From Vermamoeba vermiformis (lineage: Eukaryota), in the NCBI GenBank assembly GCA_045837725.1, contig JBEWZL010000048.1:186001-250000 (forward strand): a DNA stretch of 64,000 bases. The letters run 5' to 3'. The translations under genes were made by a program, and so were the position numbers. Shown in pieces: positions 37,136 through 50,467 of the stretch. The notes beneath the pieces are model-generated. The model saw only the letters and a list, made by a program, of their open reading frames with translations, was not told where the DNA came from and did no database searches. Within the stretch, counting starts at the first letter, position 1. Every line of letters begins with the position of its first letter.

Positions 37136-38431
37136 TGCAGGACGACCTCCTAGTGGTTTCTTATCAGCCAATGGTGCTTTAATATGTATACTACTGCCTC
37201 ATATGTACAGACGCACCAGTTGGTGCATTGTACCATACCTACATACCTGGCCGGCCACACTGACCAACTTGGCCTGGCCGACCTCCGCTTGGTTGCCAAA
37301 TTTCCCCTACCTCCAGGGAGAGCTGACACGTTCTGGCTGGCCTAGGCAAGCTGGGCTGGCAACCCCTGACCACAAGCTACCAAGCATGCCCAGCTTGGCT
37401 AGGCTGTCTATGAATGCAATAGTTCTACACAGAACATGGATTTTCCTGCCTGACGCACCATAGTATTTTAGCTTGGTTTGCTAGTTTAAGTGGAGTGGAA
37501 AGTCCTTCTTTTTATAATCTACCTTGGTGGATGTCTTGTCACCAAAATTATTTTGTTGTCCATCCAGGGTCCTCTGATGTTAGTAATTGACCAACTTGTA
37601 CCAAACTGTGCCATTAGCACCAGCGGACCCAAGAATGCTACTATTGGCATCAGCAGGCTTTGGGTTAACCGCTGGAGGCTGAAAATGTCATTGTTCTGCA
37701 AAGAACTTTATTACTGGAACTTTGTTCTATTAGATGCAATATCGTTTAAACTTTGGAAATACTTAGAACTATTACTATATAACAAGAAAATATGGGTAAT
37801 CGTCAAAGATATTGTAATGACAGAAATGTAAATTTTCCGCATTAAGTAGGAACCATCCATCAGCTTTTGTTACTACACAACTATACGTATTTTATACACC
37901 ACTGAACTTTGGCTACAATTCATTGTCATCTAACTGTCCAAATTTTTTTGCATCATTTGTTGTAACTTTGTCCAGCCTGGTGGCAAACCTTTTTATATGG
38001 AAGGGATATGCTTAACCACATACATCTTATTAAAAACTTCATACTATGTGAAGTATGGTCGGACGTGCGGTCCATGGTGGACATCCAATTTTTGCCGGAC
38101 GGGATGTCCACTGATGAGTATCATCCAAGATATTGTACAGAGTCTTTTAAATTAGAATTTTGTCCTGGAGGCAAATCCAAGAAGAAGAGTGTATGTTGTT
38201 TGACAGGGGTACATATGCTCAACCTACTGGAGCAAAAAGAATTAAACTTCATTAATTACTTAAGAGGGACCTGTCCAGACAGCTTTTGGAATTGTGTTGC
38301 TTCATGCGCTTTGCTCAGCACATCAAACAGAAGGCCACCCCTCCAGACACCCTGTCCAAATCCATTGAATAACGCGTTATTTACTTTGGATGGGAATTAC
38401 TTATAATAACAAATTGACTACGAGGGTGATA

Positions 38432-39497
38432 TTAAAATTGTGGCTTGGTGCTCGCAGCAGGCAGTTGATTGCTCTCTGCTTTCTGGAGTTGTGCGCGCTC
38501 GTCCTCGCTGAGCTGATGGAACTGCAAGTGTTTCTGCGAGAGGCCAGTGTGCTGCTCGGAGGTGGCTTCAATGGCCTTGATCTCCTCGGCACTCAGATCG
38601 CGCACGTATTTGGCGGGGGTGCCAGCCCAGTACTGCTTGGTGGGGATGACTTGCTTCTCGAGCACCAGCGAGCCCGGGCCCAGCACCGCGTGACTCGAGA
38701 CCACTGCGCCGTCGAGCACCGTGCTGCCCATGCCAATGACGGACTTGTCCATAATAGTACATGCGTGCAAGATGCAGCCCTGCTCGACTGTCACGTGATT
38801 GCCAATCAGGGTCGGGGTCTCGGGCTGAGAACGACCGTGCACGACAGTACGGTCACCGATGGAAGAGTTGGATCCGATCTTAATTTTAGACACATCACCT
38901 GCGCGTAGGCGAGACTGTTAGTGGATGGAGCAGAGAATTTGGATCGAGTGTCAACTCTGCGTTGTTATTTGGTAATTACTCGCAATATCAGTATCGTTAA
39001 TTAATGTGATGGTTGTTAATGACTAATTGCTATAAAACGAGTTGGCGTAATGTTTGTATCGATCGAACAATTATAATGGGCAAAATAACCAAATATTTGA
39101 TTGAAATTCATTATAATGCGAATATATATTATAATAGACGTTAATGCGGCCACAAAAGTCACTTACCGCGCAAGATGGCGCCATACCAGACAGAGGTCTT
39201 GTCACCAACTTCCACTGAACCAATCACTGAGGCATTAGGAGCTACAAATGCCTTGTCTCCGACCTTAGGCTTGTTGTCAAAGAAATTCTGCAATCGTCTG
39301 TGTCGAGATACTAATTTAAAATAAAAAAAAAATAATTATTAAAATAATTATCACATCTAGTTGTATCAACGCTGCAATGAGTGCGTACATTGTTCTTTGA
39401 ATGCGTAATTTCCTTGGACGGTGCTGCCAAGTCTGTCAATAGCTTGGCCAGTCTCGCGGATGCCGCGACCAACTAATGATAACACGCGCTTCAACAT
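38432..39497 (-). CDS. Gamma carbonic anhydrase-like subunit of mitochondrial complex I
   Basis: GRGIRETGQAIDRLG, LSRHR, FVAPNASVIG, VWYGAILRGD, hexapeptide repeats, WAGTPAKYVRDL. Confidence 0.92.
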
Positions 39498-39692
39498 CTG
39501 ACTAGTATTAGCTTGATTTTGAATACGGAACACTAGTGCTCTTGTGCTTGCCTAGTCTGCAGTAAATAACGTACTAGCACAACGCAGCAGATTTATTTTG
39601 CCCGGGCCCTGGCTGACTATTATTTGACCAGATCTGCCGTGCCGGGCCCAGAACAGATCTGCATTGAACAGAAGCGAACACAGCTCAGTGCG

Positions 39693-42128
39693 ATGACTAA
39701 GAATCAACAGTATCTCAACTACGTGCGACACATTGCCTCCCTGTTTGCTGGCGATCAACAGCCTGAAGGTGAGTCCGTCGGTTTTCGCATCCAGATCGCA
39801 TCTCAGAAAATTTAAATCGAATTTAACGCGTATATTTATATCGACCATATTATTCGATGATTTATCTTCGTATTTGTGATGCAATTAACACGATATTCTG
39901 CCGGATCGAGTCCGATCGTCACGGTGCATAGGACAGCGACTAATTTGATTGCTAAAAATAGACGCAGAGCTGGTGCTGGACAACGCGTTCAGTGAACTGC
40001 AGGGTCATGAACTCGAAGTCTGTCAAGATCGGGACGGCAGTGCGCAGCTCGAAGTGTTGCTGCATCACAGTCACGTGACGCACTTGACTGCCCTGGTCGA
40101 GCCTCTTTTGCAGTCTGCAAATATTGCCACGTGGTTCGAGCTCATGTCCAATGTGTTTGCCAGTCACGTGATCGACGCCGTGTTCAATCAACTGCAGCAC
40201 TGCATGACCGACTATCACGTGACTGACGCGGACTATCAATCAGGGCTCAATCTCGTGCGCCAGATTGTCACGTGCATGACCAGCTCTGAACACCGCGACG
40301 TCCTGGCCGATCACTGGCGTCAACTGCTCACTTCCAAATATGGTTCGTACACGCTGCGCCACACTTATGCCCTGGTGCACGCGCTGCTCAAACACGCTAC
40401 CAAAAAAGGAAATCGCAAGGCCCAAACCACGCTGACCAATCACTTGAGCGCGCTGTTGACAGCACTCACGTGGAGTACTGACAGCAAGTACCTGATTGAC
40501 ATGTGTCACCACGAGGCCACCGCGCACGTGATCGAACTGGTCCTGGAGATTGCAGCAGATTCAGGTGCGGAGATACAGCGCGAGAATCACGTGTCTGAAT
40601 CGGGCTATTTGTGGCTCGTGGACACGCTGCTGACCTCGGAGACGAGTTCCGACGAGGAGCACGTGACTGACATCCTGAAGCGCATGAAGCACGCGGTGTG
40701 GAGCCACGTGATGATTGCGATCATCAAGCACGTGACTGCACTCAAGAACAACCAAAAATGGAACTGGGCAGTGCTGTACCAAAAGTATTTCCGCACGCGG
40801 CTGGTGGCACTGTGCGCGCACCCCGTGGCAAATTTTGTCGTCCAATCACTGATTGCCACGTCATCCACTGAACCACACTGGCGCATGCTGTTCACTGAAA
40901 TGGAGCCGCAGTTCAGGTAAGACACTGCCCTGCTCGTGTTGGCACTGGTACTAATTCAGTGAACGCCGTTCAGTGAACTGCTCGATGGTCGCTTAGGTGT
41001 GGTGCTGAATCTGCTGAACAGCAGTGTGACACATGTCAACACGCAGCCTGAGCTCGTCAAGGCAGTTGTCAAAGTGCTGTCCACACTCGTCGCCAAAGAT
41101 CTCGCTGCCAAAAATGGTAAAGAGCCTGACAGCAATACCCTGGTGCAAGAGACGCGCAAACAGATTGCCAGTCTGCTGCTGCACTTGAAGAACGCGCCAC
41201 GTCATCAGTACAAGAAGCAGGCACGTGACAGCGGCGCGGGGGACAGTGTGGCTAAAAATAGCTTCGGACAGTACTCCGGCATTGGCTGTCAACTGCTGTC
41301 CGCGCTGTTTCAACTACAGCACGAGGTCAATCAGTTCGTGCTCAAGAGTTTTGCCCAATTAGGCAAAGACGAGCACGTGAAGATGTGCAAAGATCACCAA
41401 GCTAGTCACGTGATCGAACACTTTCTGACCAGTCGCCACGTGCCACTCGCGCTCAAACAGAATTTCATTGAATCGCTCAAGGGAAGCTTTGCCGAGGTAC
41501 GGTGCTAATTTTAGATTATTGTCACGTGACTGACAGCTGACAGCTGGCACAAGACAAATATGGCTCGCATTGCGTGGACAAGTGCTATCAGAACAGCGAA
41601 TTGTCAAAAAAGGAAATGATCACCAAAGAACTGCTCAAACACGAGCGCGAACTCAACACTTCCTTTTATGGCAAGCACGTGCTCAAGAACTGTCGCGCGG
41701 AACAATACAAAAAGAAGCGCGATGTGTGGCGCAGCAAAGAGCAACAGAATGAAAAGACACGTGAAAGGTTTGCAGATATTTTAGCGGCACCCACCGAGGA
41801 CGAGCACGTGGAGGAGCACGTGACCAAGGATGAGCCTCAGACAGCAGTGGCACCCGCACCGAGCACCGAGGCACGTGGCACGAAACGCAAGCGAAAAGAA
41901 GTGACAGGTGTCAAAGAGGAGTCAGTGACAGGTGTCAAAGAAGAGTCCGCAGAAGATGACATTGACCGCGTGTTCAAGAAAATCAAACCCAACCCACGTG
42001 ACGAGGACGAGCGCGAAGAAGTGACGATGACACCTGTCATTCAGGAGTCTGCAGCGCATGACACGCGCCTCGACAACATTGTGGCGGCACTGAAGAAAAC
42101 GAAGCACAACAAACACAAGAAGAAATAG
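39693..42128 (+). CDS. NOP9: Nucleolar protein 9 (Pumilio-repeat rRNA processing factor)
   Basis: GSAQLEVLL, FASHVIDA, YGSYTLR, HPVANFVVQ, ASHVIEHFL, DKYGSHCVDKC, FYGKHVLKN; Lys-rich tail. Confidence 0.8.
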
Positions 42129-42245
42129 GGCGCTATAGTATTGTACAGGCAGTAAATAGTGATGCATCGACACGTGCGTATGACGCAGTGTTGTTATTAT
42201 TGGTATTATGTACAAGCAGTGATTACAAGCAGTGATTAGGCGCCC

Positions 42246-45200
42246 TTAATAGCGATGACCACCACGACCACCGCGGTTGTAATCATTGCGATCGGAGTGA
42301 CCTCCGCGCTGATATCCTCCGCGCCCTCGCTGATTGTTGTAGCCCGCGTTGTTGTTGTTGTATTGCTGCTGGTTGTACTGGCCTGGCTGATTGTATTGTT
42401 GACCCTGATTGTACTGTTGGCCCTGATTGTAGTGCTGACCCTGTTGCGCGTACTGGCTGTAGTTGTTGTAGCCCTGATTGCCGTACTGTTGTTGATAGCC
42501 CTGTTGATTGTGCTGCTGATTGTAGCCCCCGCGTCCGCCACGATATCCGCCGCGTCCTCCGCGCTGATCGCTGCCCTGGTAGTGGTCGCGTCTGTCCTCG
42601 TGATAGTTGTCGCGCCGTTCACGTCCGTAGCTGTCACGTGACTCGTCGCCGTAGTCGCGGCGCTGATGTTGTTCGGGGTGGTAGTGGCCGCGCTGGTAGT
42701 CGTCGTAGGGTCGATAGCGCTCGTTGTGCTGCTGATGGCCGCCACGTGATTGGTAGCCGCCACGTGACTGATAGCCTCCGCGGCCCTGGTAGTTGTCGCG
42801 GTCGTTGCGCAGATGATAGTTGAGTGTGCGATCAGCGCCACCTCCGCGACCAAACGTGCGCTCACGTCGAGCATTGCGGCGCGAGAGATCGTAGCTGGTG
42901 AGCTCTGGCTCGGGCATGCGCACACTGTCCAACAGCCCACCAGGGATCACCATGCGATGCAGTGGGGCAGTACCTTCCGGCACGGGCAGCGCTTGACCTG
43001 TGCGGAACTCCTCCGAGACAGCAGGCATGATGTACTGTGCGCACCACACAAAGCCGTCCAGTCCTAATTTGGTCATGATTGTCAGTTGGAAGGGGCTGGG
43101 TGCGAGGTGTCCGAACAGTTTTCCCGCCCCCGCGAGTGAGGTGAGGTCTGCAGCGCTGGTGATCTTGCGCCACTCAATGCTGCTCAGTGCACGCGCCACG
43201 GTATCAGCGCGCACACGATGGCGCTCGTCGAGTTCACTGCGCACTGCAGAGAGCTGCGAGCTGATGGCACTGTCGAGCTCACTGCTGCTCAGTGCGGGCT
43301 GTGCGTCACTGGCCTCGACGATGGGCACGGACTGCACGGCATCACTTGCCTTATTAGGCTCGTACTTGGTGAGGCCCAGTCCGTACAGCTCTTCAAAGAG
43401 GTGCGCTCCATCGTGATCACGTGACACGAAGATGACTTCAGCACCAATCGAGTTGCGCTTCTTCTCATCGGGCGTGAGACTGCGCTCCACGGGCTCAATG
43501 GCAGCCAACAGGCGCTGCTCGTCGATGAATGGCAGCAGTGCGACACCTTGCCACTCGTGCTTCTTGCCGTTGAGATCGATGACAAAGTTCTCAGGATAGA
43601 AGTCGAGGATGGGACTCTCAGGGTCAGTCATCAGTCGGCGATAGGGCTCGGGCACACCTTTGGCACTGGCAGCTGGCAACACACCCATGAGCTGCGCGAA
43701 GGGCGTGAAGGGAATGTCGAGCTCTGGCTGCGAGTAGAGGTCAATGTCGCGAATGGTGTGGTCGTGCAGGTACGAGGGCAGCACGGGCGGGGGCAGCTGA
43801 TTGTAGCGACCACCGTGCACGACAGCAGCGACGTCAATCTCGCTCACTCCGCCATCTGCCACCAGCTCAGCCACGAAGGGTGCGTAGTGGTACTTGTAGA
43901 ACCAGCGCCACGAGGGACAGCCCTGGTAGTAGTAGCGCAGCACCCAGCACAGGCCTTCAATGTAGCTCTGACGGATCTCTTTCATGAACTGCTTGTCGTC
44001 CATCGACACGTGGAACTTGTTCTCGTAATATCGTTCGCGCCAGCCCTCTTCACCGAGGCGCACAGGATCGCGCTCATCGTCCGAGTCCACTTCTTCGGTC
44101 TCGTCGCGCGGTCTCTTCACGCCACGATTGGGACTCACCTCCGCACCACTCTCGCTGGGGACTGCTGGCACAGGGGGCTGATTGACAGGTGTCACTGGAG
44201 TGACAGGTGTCGCACTCTGACCCTGGCTCGTGGCGTACAAATTGAGTGCGTTATCAATCGCGGCTTTCAACATTTTGGCGGCATTTTTGTTGCTGTCCAC
44301 TGAACTGCTCACGACTGGTGGCGCGGTGACAGGTGCCACTGGTGGTGCGGACTGCGCGCCGAGTGGTGGCAACACGCGTCCGAGAACATCAGCAAAGTTA
44401 CCGGCAGGGAATGCGACGGGCTGCGAGAGCTGCGAAGTGTTGTAGCGCGGCAGTGGCACATTGGCCTCGATCGGTCCGAGCACCTCTTGACTGTTGCTCA
44501 TCGACAGCTTGCGTCGCTTGGCGTTCTGTTTGCGTTGTTTCTCGCGCTGACGGCGCTCAGCCAGAATTTGATTCTCGCGCGGGGCCAGATCTTCGAGCAA
44601 TCTTTGCACGCGTTCGAGGTGCACATCTCCGTCGTGCGTGAGATATCCGCCGAGACTGGGCAAGATGCCACGATAAATCTCGGTGAGGAGATCAATGGCG
44701 CCCTCGCGGATCTCGAGGGTGGGCAAGTGCGGCAGAAAGTCATTGCCGACAAAGAAGCACAAGAACACGTAGTCGTCAATCACGCGCTCAAAGTCGTAGG
44801 GGAAGGGCAGATCTATCTTGAGATCGTTGGCCAGGTACTCGCGCAGCACATTGACGCGCAAGAACTGATAGGGCACTTGTTTCTCATCGGGGGTCTCGCC
44901 CTCCGCCGTGCTCTTCTTCGGATCCAGCACTGTCGTGCACTCAGCGGCGATGTGTCCGGGCTGGCCACAGCGGTGACAGTTGTTCGAGTGCTTCATAGTC
45001 ACCACCTCGCGCAGAATGTCAAAGTGCGGCTCGTGCGTGGCGAGTGCTAACATGATGAGATCTGCATCCAGTCCGTACAGCACGTGGTGGGTGTTCGGAT
45101 CGTAGCCAGGCTGATGTCGCTGATGTCGAATGTAGTCCATAATCTTGTGCTCACCCTCGCCAGGTACATTGGCATCGCTCAGAATCACGGCTATCTTCTG

Positions 45201-46032
45201 CCAGCCCGGATCTGATTTCTGACGCTGCGCCACATAGCCCTGCAGTCCCTGCGACACTTTGTGCATGAACTCTGTGCCCGGTGTGATCACATTGCTGTCG
45301 AGGCGTGACTTGTTCTTTGCGGCCTCTTCCTCTTCCTTGGCCTGTTCCGCGCTCAGCAGTCCCTGTGCCACCAAGTCCTCGCGCGTCTTCTGCTCGGCGA
45401 TCGCTTTGTCGCGCGCTTCTTTCGCGGCACGGAAGCGACGTGAGCGCTGCTGATTCATCTTCGCGCGCGGTGCCACGCCGTCTAAATATAGATTAGCCAA
45501 TCATCATGCGTCGCTGCTGTCTTACCGATTGCCATATATAGTAAACGACGAGGACGAACGATTGCAAAAATGCGATCAATATAACGATAAATGTTCTCTA
45601 ATACCTCTTCTTCATCTTTGGGTTGCTCCTGTTCGTAAACACAAGTAAATTAGAATTTTGACCGATGGATCAATTCGGTGTTTTATCAAAACTCGATTGG
45701 TTGTCGATTAATAATATGATCTTGGTGATATATCTGCATTATAAATCGATGGAAATTATATTCTATTTTAATCATTCAATGGAAAATTTTTGTATTTCGA
45801 TAAATTGTGGTTATGATCAAGATCGCACCTTATTTTCAGGATGGAAGCAAGGATGAATAATACCGTTCATATCTAAATATAAACAATCATATTCTACACC
45901 ATTAGGATTCTTTTGAGAGGTGTCAGGTGGGATTTGAGCTCCGTTAATTTCTCTCCACGCTTCTTCAACCACATCCACCACAATGCGTGGATATTTTTTT
46001 GTTAACCACATGAAAAACGCTGGAATACCCAT
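42246..46032 (-). CDS. XRN2: 5'-3' exoribonuclease XRN2/Rat1 with CCHC knuckle and an RGG/QNY-rich tail
   Basis: [64 protein letters not shown]. Confidence 0.95.
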
Positions 46033-46337
46033 GTCGATCTTTGTGATTAAATTATTGAGTTGATTTTAGATCGGATCCAGACCGAGTTATCTAGCTGGAA
46101 TGTAGAAAGTGACAATAAATTTAATCGCACTACCAATGATACGTGCTTGCGTATCACGTTTCAAGACAAATAATTGCCGTGAAAAAATTGGCAGCGAGGT
46201 CGTTGACAGGGACAAATTAGTTGGGAAGTTTTTGTCAGCCAAAGCCAAGAAAAAGATAACACGGCAAGCGTTTGATAGGACGATTACAAGACCATCACAT
46301 CGTAACAGCAAACACATCGTGCTCTATCGTACATACA

Positions 46338-47592
46338 ATGGGGCGCAAGAATGGTCGCAATTTGAACCCCGCGGATGCACACCGCAAAGAGCAGCGCAAA
46401 AAAGAGCTCAAAAAGGTACATATATCGTGTATTAATTATTAATAATGGTGGTACTCTCAGAACAAGAAAAAACGAGAAGAGGTGCGCACCAAAGTACTGA
46501 TGACAAAAAAACCAGATGAGCTGAAACAACAATTGCAAGAGCTTGAAAAACACGACAGCGCACACGAAAGCAAAGTGTTGCATAAGAAAAAATTAATAGA
46601 GAACGTGTTGTCGAAGATTGACAAGCCAGACGAAAGCAGGTAACTTTGCTGGTCCAGCTGCAGCACTGCCATAGTAATTAATGCGTGTATTGTGCAGCAA
46701 TGAGCCTAAAGAAGATGATTTTCCACCTGAGGAGTCGCTTTACTACGATCCAGTGTACAATCCGTACGGTGCACCTCCCCCTGGTGCGCCCCGCATGAGC
46801 AAAGGTCAGTCCTCCATGCACCCTATGTATGTGCAGTTATTAATGTCCCTCGCAGCCCAGTACGCGATGATGCAAGCCAATGCCAGCATGATGACGCGTG
46901 TACCGGGCCCTCCCACATCTGCACTCAAAGTACCTGGTCCTCCACCAGGACCTCCTCCCGCACTTAAATTCCCGGACCCCCCAGGCCCTCCCCCAACCAA
47001 TTTCCAGGTCCCCCCCCCGGTCCCCCTCCTGGTGCCAGGCCCACCGCCCAGCAAACCCCCTGGCCCACCTCCTGGCCCACCTCCTGCCAAATCTAGTGCG
47101 GTCCCCCCTGACACACCTGCACCTGTACATACTGCACCCGACACTTCCCCTCACGCCCTGCCCCTGCCACTGACCCCAGCGGTCCCCTACCCCGCCCCCG
47201 ATGCGTACAACTACCCGCCCTCGTATCCGTACCAGTACCCGCCCAACTACGGCTATTATCCGCCCTATTACCCGCCCTCCCTGCCGCACTCCAGACCTCC
47301 CATGCCACCAGTGCCACGAGTTCCAGTCCCGGTGCCCGTAACAGTTCCCGTCCCCGAACCAGAACCCGAAGTCGATGAGAAGCCAATGCTGGTCCCGACT
47401 TCGCTGCGTGTCAAACGGTTGCAACCGCTGCCACCAACGAGCAGTGCGCCCAAGGTGAAGCGAGCACGTATTGATGAGCCAAACAACACTAATACTAGCA
47501 CTACCAATAATAATAATACCAATAATACTAACGATGCTGGAGACTCGTACGAGGACTTTATGAAGGATATGAAAGATCTTGGCGCTCTCTAA
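46338..47592 (+). CDS. WBP11: WW-domain-binding protein 11-like splicing factor
   Basis: NPADAHRKEQRKKELKKNKK, SLYYDPVYNPYGAPPPG, poly-Pro, LVPTSLRVKR, YEDFMKDMKDLGAL. Confidence 0.82.
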
Positions 47593-47723
47593 AGAGCTAT
47601 TGTATAAATGTGTATTTGTGAACCTCAGGGGTCCTTATTTACTCAGGTGTTAATTACAGTTTGCTGGCGCTAAACAAAATCAGCATTAGCTGGTACTGAA
47701 AGAAGATAGCAAAGGGACTATTA

Positions 47724-48637
47724 TTACATGTAGAGCTTATGTCGCGCTAAGTAGTCGATTACGCCAGGTGGACACAAGTACTTGATTGAGAGGCCATTGC
47801 GAATAGCTTGGCGCACTTTGGTGGAACTCAGATCTGTTACGTTCCACTGCGACACTAAGATGATATTGTGTCGATGTCGATAGAGCACTTGATTGGCAAA
47901 TATCACGTCGTTCAAGGACGTGCCTTCTCGTTGCACGCAGACCACTACGTAGTCATTTACAATGTCCTCGATCTGCAACCAGGGTCAGCCACGACAATCA
48001 TTATGCATGAATGGCTCTTACATCTTGTTCCGCCCACACGCCAGGTATGTTGAATGACGCCAACAAATCACCACCGCACAGCAGCGCTACTTTGACTAAT
48101 AAGAGCTGTTAATGCGTTGTTATGTGACAGAAGGATCCGATCGGACTCACTGGGCAGGGAGCTCTTGTTGTTCTTATTGAGTTCGTCGCTGAAGTGTTTC
48201 AACACATTGACGGTGGTGGTATACTCAGACTTGAGACTCTCCCACTCATCGACCATCACCTCGTCGTGCTCCACCGCGGCTTGGTGACACATAGCGCGCC
48301 GATGATCACCGCTCAACAGACCTTTCTTGCCATACGCATCTGCCACTGGCGACATGTAGCCACCAATAACAGCATATTGGGGATGATCGTTGAACCAGTC
48401 TTTGGCCATTTCTAAAGGTCTTCAGTTAAATGGGACCCATCCAGGAAATTGAACAAATTTAATTAAGCTTGTATTTTTAATTATTAATTCAATATTTTGC
48501 GAGTGCTATTTCTTACCAAACAAGCGCATGTGTAGAATAGTTGGTGGATTAAAACTGCCGCACGCAACCAAGACCAATCCTTGCTTGCCCTCGGGCACTG
48601 GCTTCAACTTGTCTGTTACAAATTTGTAAGCGCTCAT
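47724..48637 (-). CDS. NMNAT: Nicotinamide/nicotinate mononucleotide adenylyltransferase
   Basis: ACGSFNPPTILHMRLFEMAKD, GGYMSPVADAYGKKGL, LSSTKVR, VIDYLARHKLY. Confidence 0.93.
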
Positions 48638-48815
48638 GTTGGAGCTTGTGGCACTCATATTCGGTTAATTGTATGTAGTGGTAACGGCAAGTTCGGTAAT
48701 AATTCTTAACACGCAATGTTGAAATTTCACGGCACGTGATCACACAGCATGATTTACGGTGTAACTCCACCGGTTTATGTACAAATTAGGCAAGTGTGCT
48801 ATATTACATGAATGA

Positions 48816-50339
48816 TCACTCGAACAGCTCTGCGAGTGTGTTGAACTCGTCGCTGGTGAACTGGTACTTGGTCAGCAGGCGCGGGAGACCTGCACGAAAG
48901 TTGTCCAACGCTGCAGGATTGACACGTGGCAGAGTACTGCAAATGACAGGTGTCAATGCGGGGCGAGTGACAGCTAGAGAATACTTACACGTGCAGCAAC
49001 AAGAGTGCGGTGAGTGCCGCAGACTGCGCGGTCACTTTGGGCACGTGATGCCAGTCAAATGAATCGAGCACGTGATGCAGCAGATCGAGGTGCAGTGGCG
49101 TGCGTTCTATAAATAGATCATCGCCGAACAGGTGAATGCTGCGGGCAAGCGTGAGTTAACGCATTAACCAAATATAGTCACGTACTACTTGAAGAGCATG
49201 TGTTTGACAGTGTTGCGTCGGATCAGTTCCGGGGCCTCGCTGTCCACCACTGGCAGGGTTTGCACGGCACTGTCGTCGGTCTCTGGAGTGACACCTGTCA
49301 ACACCGCACTCGTGTCAGCTGTTGGCTCTGTGCCACGCAGCCATTGACGTGTCTCGGGGGTAATCCAGTGCGAGAGTGTGGTCCACAGAGCACCAAATAT
49401 GGAAAGTTCGGGGATCGGAATTTGTTTCGAGGAAATGAAAAAATTACCAAATAAGTCAATATTTTCATCCACATCACTGTCACTCTCTGAATCTCCGCTG
49501 TCAACTTCAGGCTTGGATGCAGACTCTGTAGTGACATGTGTCTTTTGTGGTTCACTGAACGCAGTGCTATTTTTGGATTGGACGTAGCCTTCAATTGCTT
49601 GTGTCTTGGCTGTCTCTAAATTAGGCAATTCAACGACATCATGCGCAGTGTCGCGCTCTTTTATGACCAAATTAGGCAAGTCAGTGGTGGCCGTGTCAGT
49701 GACAGGTGCAGTCACGTGCTCGAATTGATCGATGACAGGTGGCGTGAACTTGGTGCGCAGATAGACGGGCTCAGTGGAGAGCTGTTGCATGTAGAGCTTG
49801 GAGTTCATCAGACACGTGCTCGTGTGGTAGTCACGTGCGGTGCTCGCATCGACCAGGGCACCCACGCGTCGATCGACTTTGTACTTGCCTGACACACTCG
49901 CCGCACTCACTGGCTGATCGCAGAGTGGCCAGCCACAGATGTGAGCAGCGCTGCGTTCATATACAACATCTGCGTAGTGTTCGGGGGTCATGTACTGGGC
50001 CTGGATGCAGCGTCAGTTAGCGAGGGGTGAGATCTGCGCTCTGAGGTCTCGAATATCGGTTCAGGATTTTAATGATAATTAATATGGTAGTATAAATGCA
50101 TTCGTATTGTTTTGACCCTCAAAAGAATTACAGAACAATTTTGAAAATAGAAATAAGATCAGATCGCGTCGCTAAACACCACGTACTGCATCAATGAGCT
50201 GTTGCTTGGTCACTTTGTCACTCTCAATTAATAGAGATTGAATGTTGAACGTCTTCTTCTCCAGCTCCACTCGTTTTTTCATCTTTTCGCGGATCTCCTC
50301 TTCTCGTTGTTTCTTGTCATCTTTGTGTCGCTTCTCCAT
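48816..50339 (-). CDS. RPAP2: RNA polymerase II CTD phosphatase RPAP2/Rtr1-like
   Basis: YADVVYERSAAHICGWPLC, LSIFGALWTTLSHWITPET. Confidence 0.8.
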
Positions 50340-50467
50340 AGTAAAATTATTGTATAAGCGGCGGTGCTGTGGTGCTCTGTATGGTTATGGTGCTAAACAA
50401 AATAAAAGAAAGTTTGTCACTTTTTCAATTTCACGATCCAAATTGAAGCCACCAAACACGAGTCGAA

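Larger units (their letters stand above)
35650..38380. mobile_element. Non-genic, CpG-depleted repeat-rich island, probably a decayed non-autonomous element; boundaries approximate
   Basis: About 2.7 kb between two convergent 3' ends; lacks CACGTG; only 3 CpG seen in 36481-37020; internal direct, inverted and tandem repeats; no recognisable transposase. Confidence 0.5.

Noticed and set aside
35914-38406. ORFs in the island as a transposase or other proteins
   Set aside because: They are short, have no recognisable motifs, and several are merely translations of the repeats.
46900-47390. C-rich, compositionally odd segment as a foreign insertion
   Set aside because: It is the poly-proline coding region expected in WBP11.
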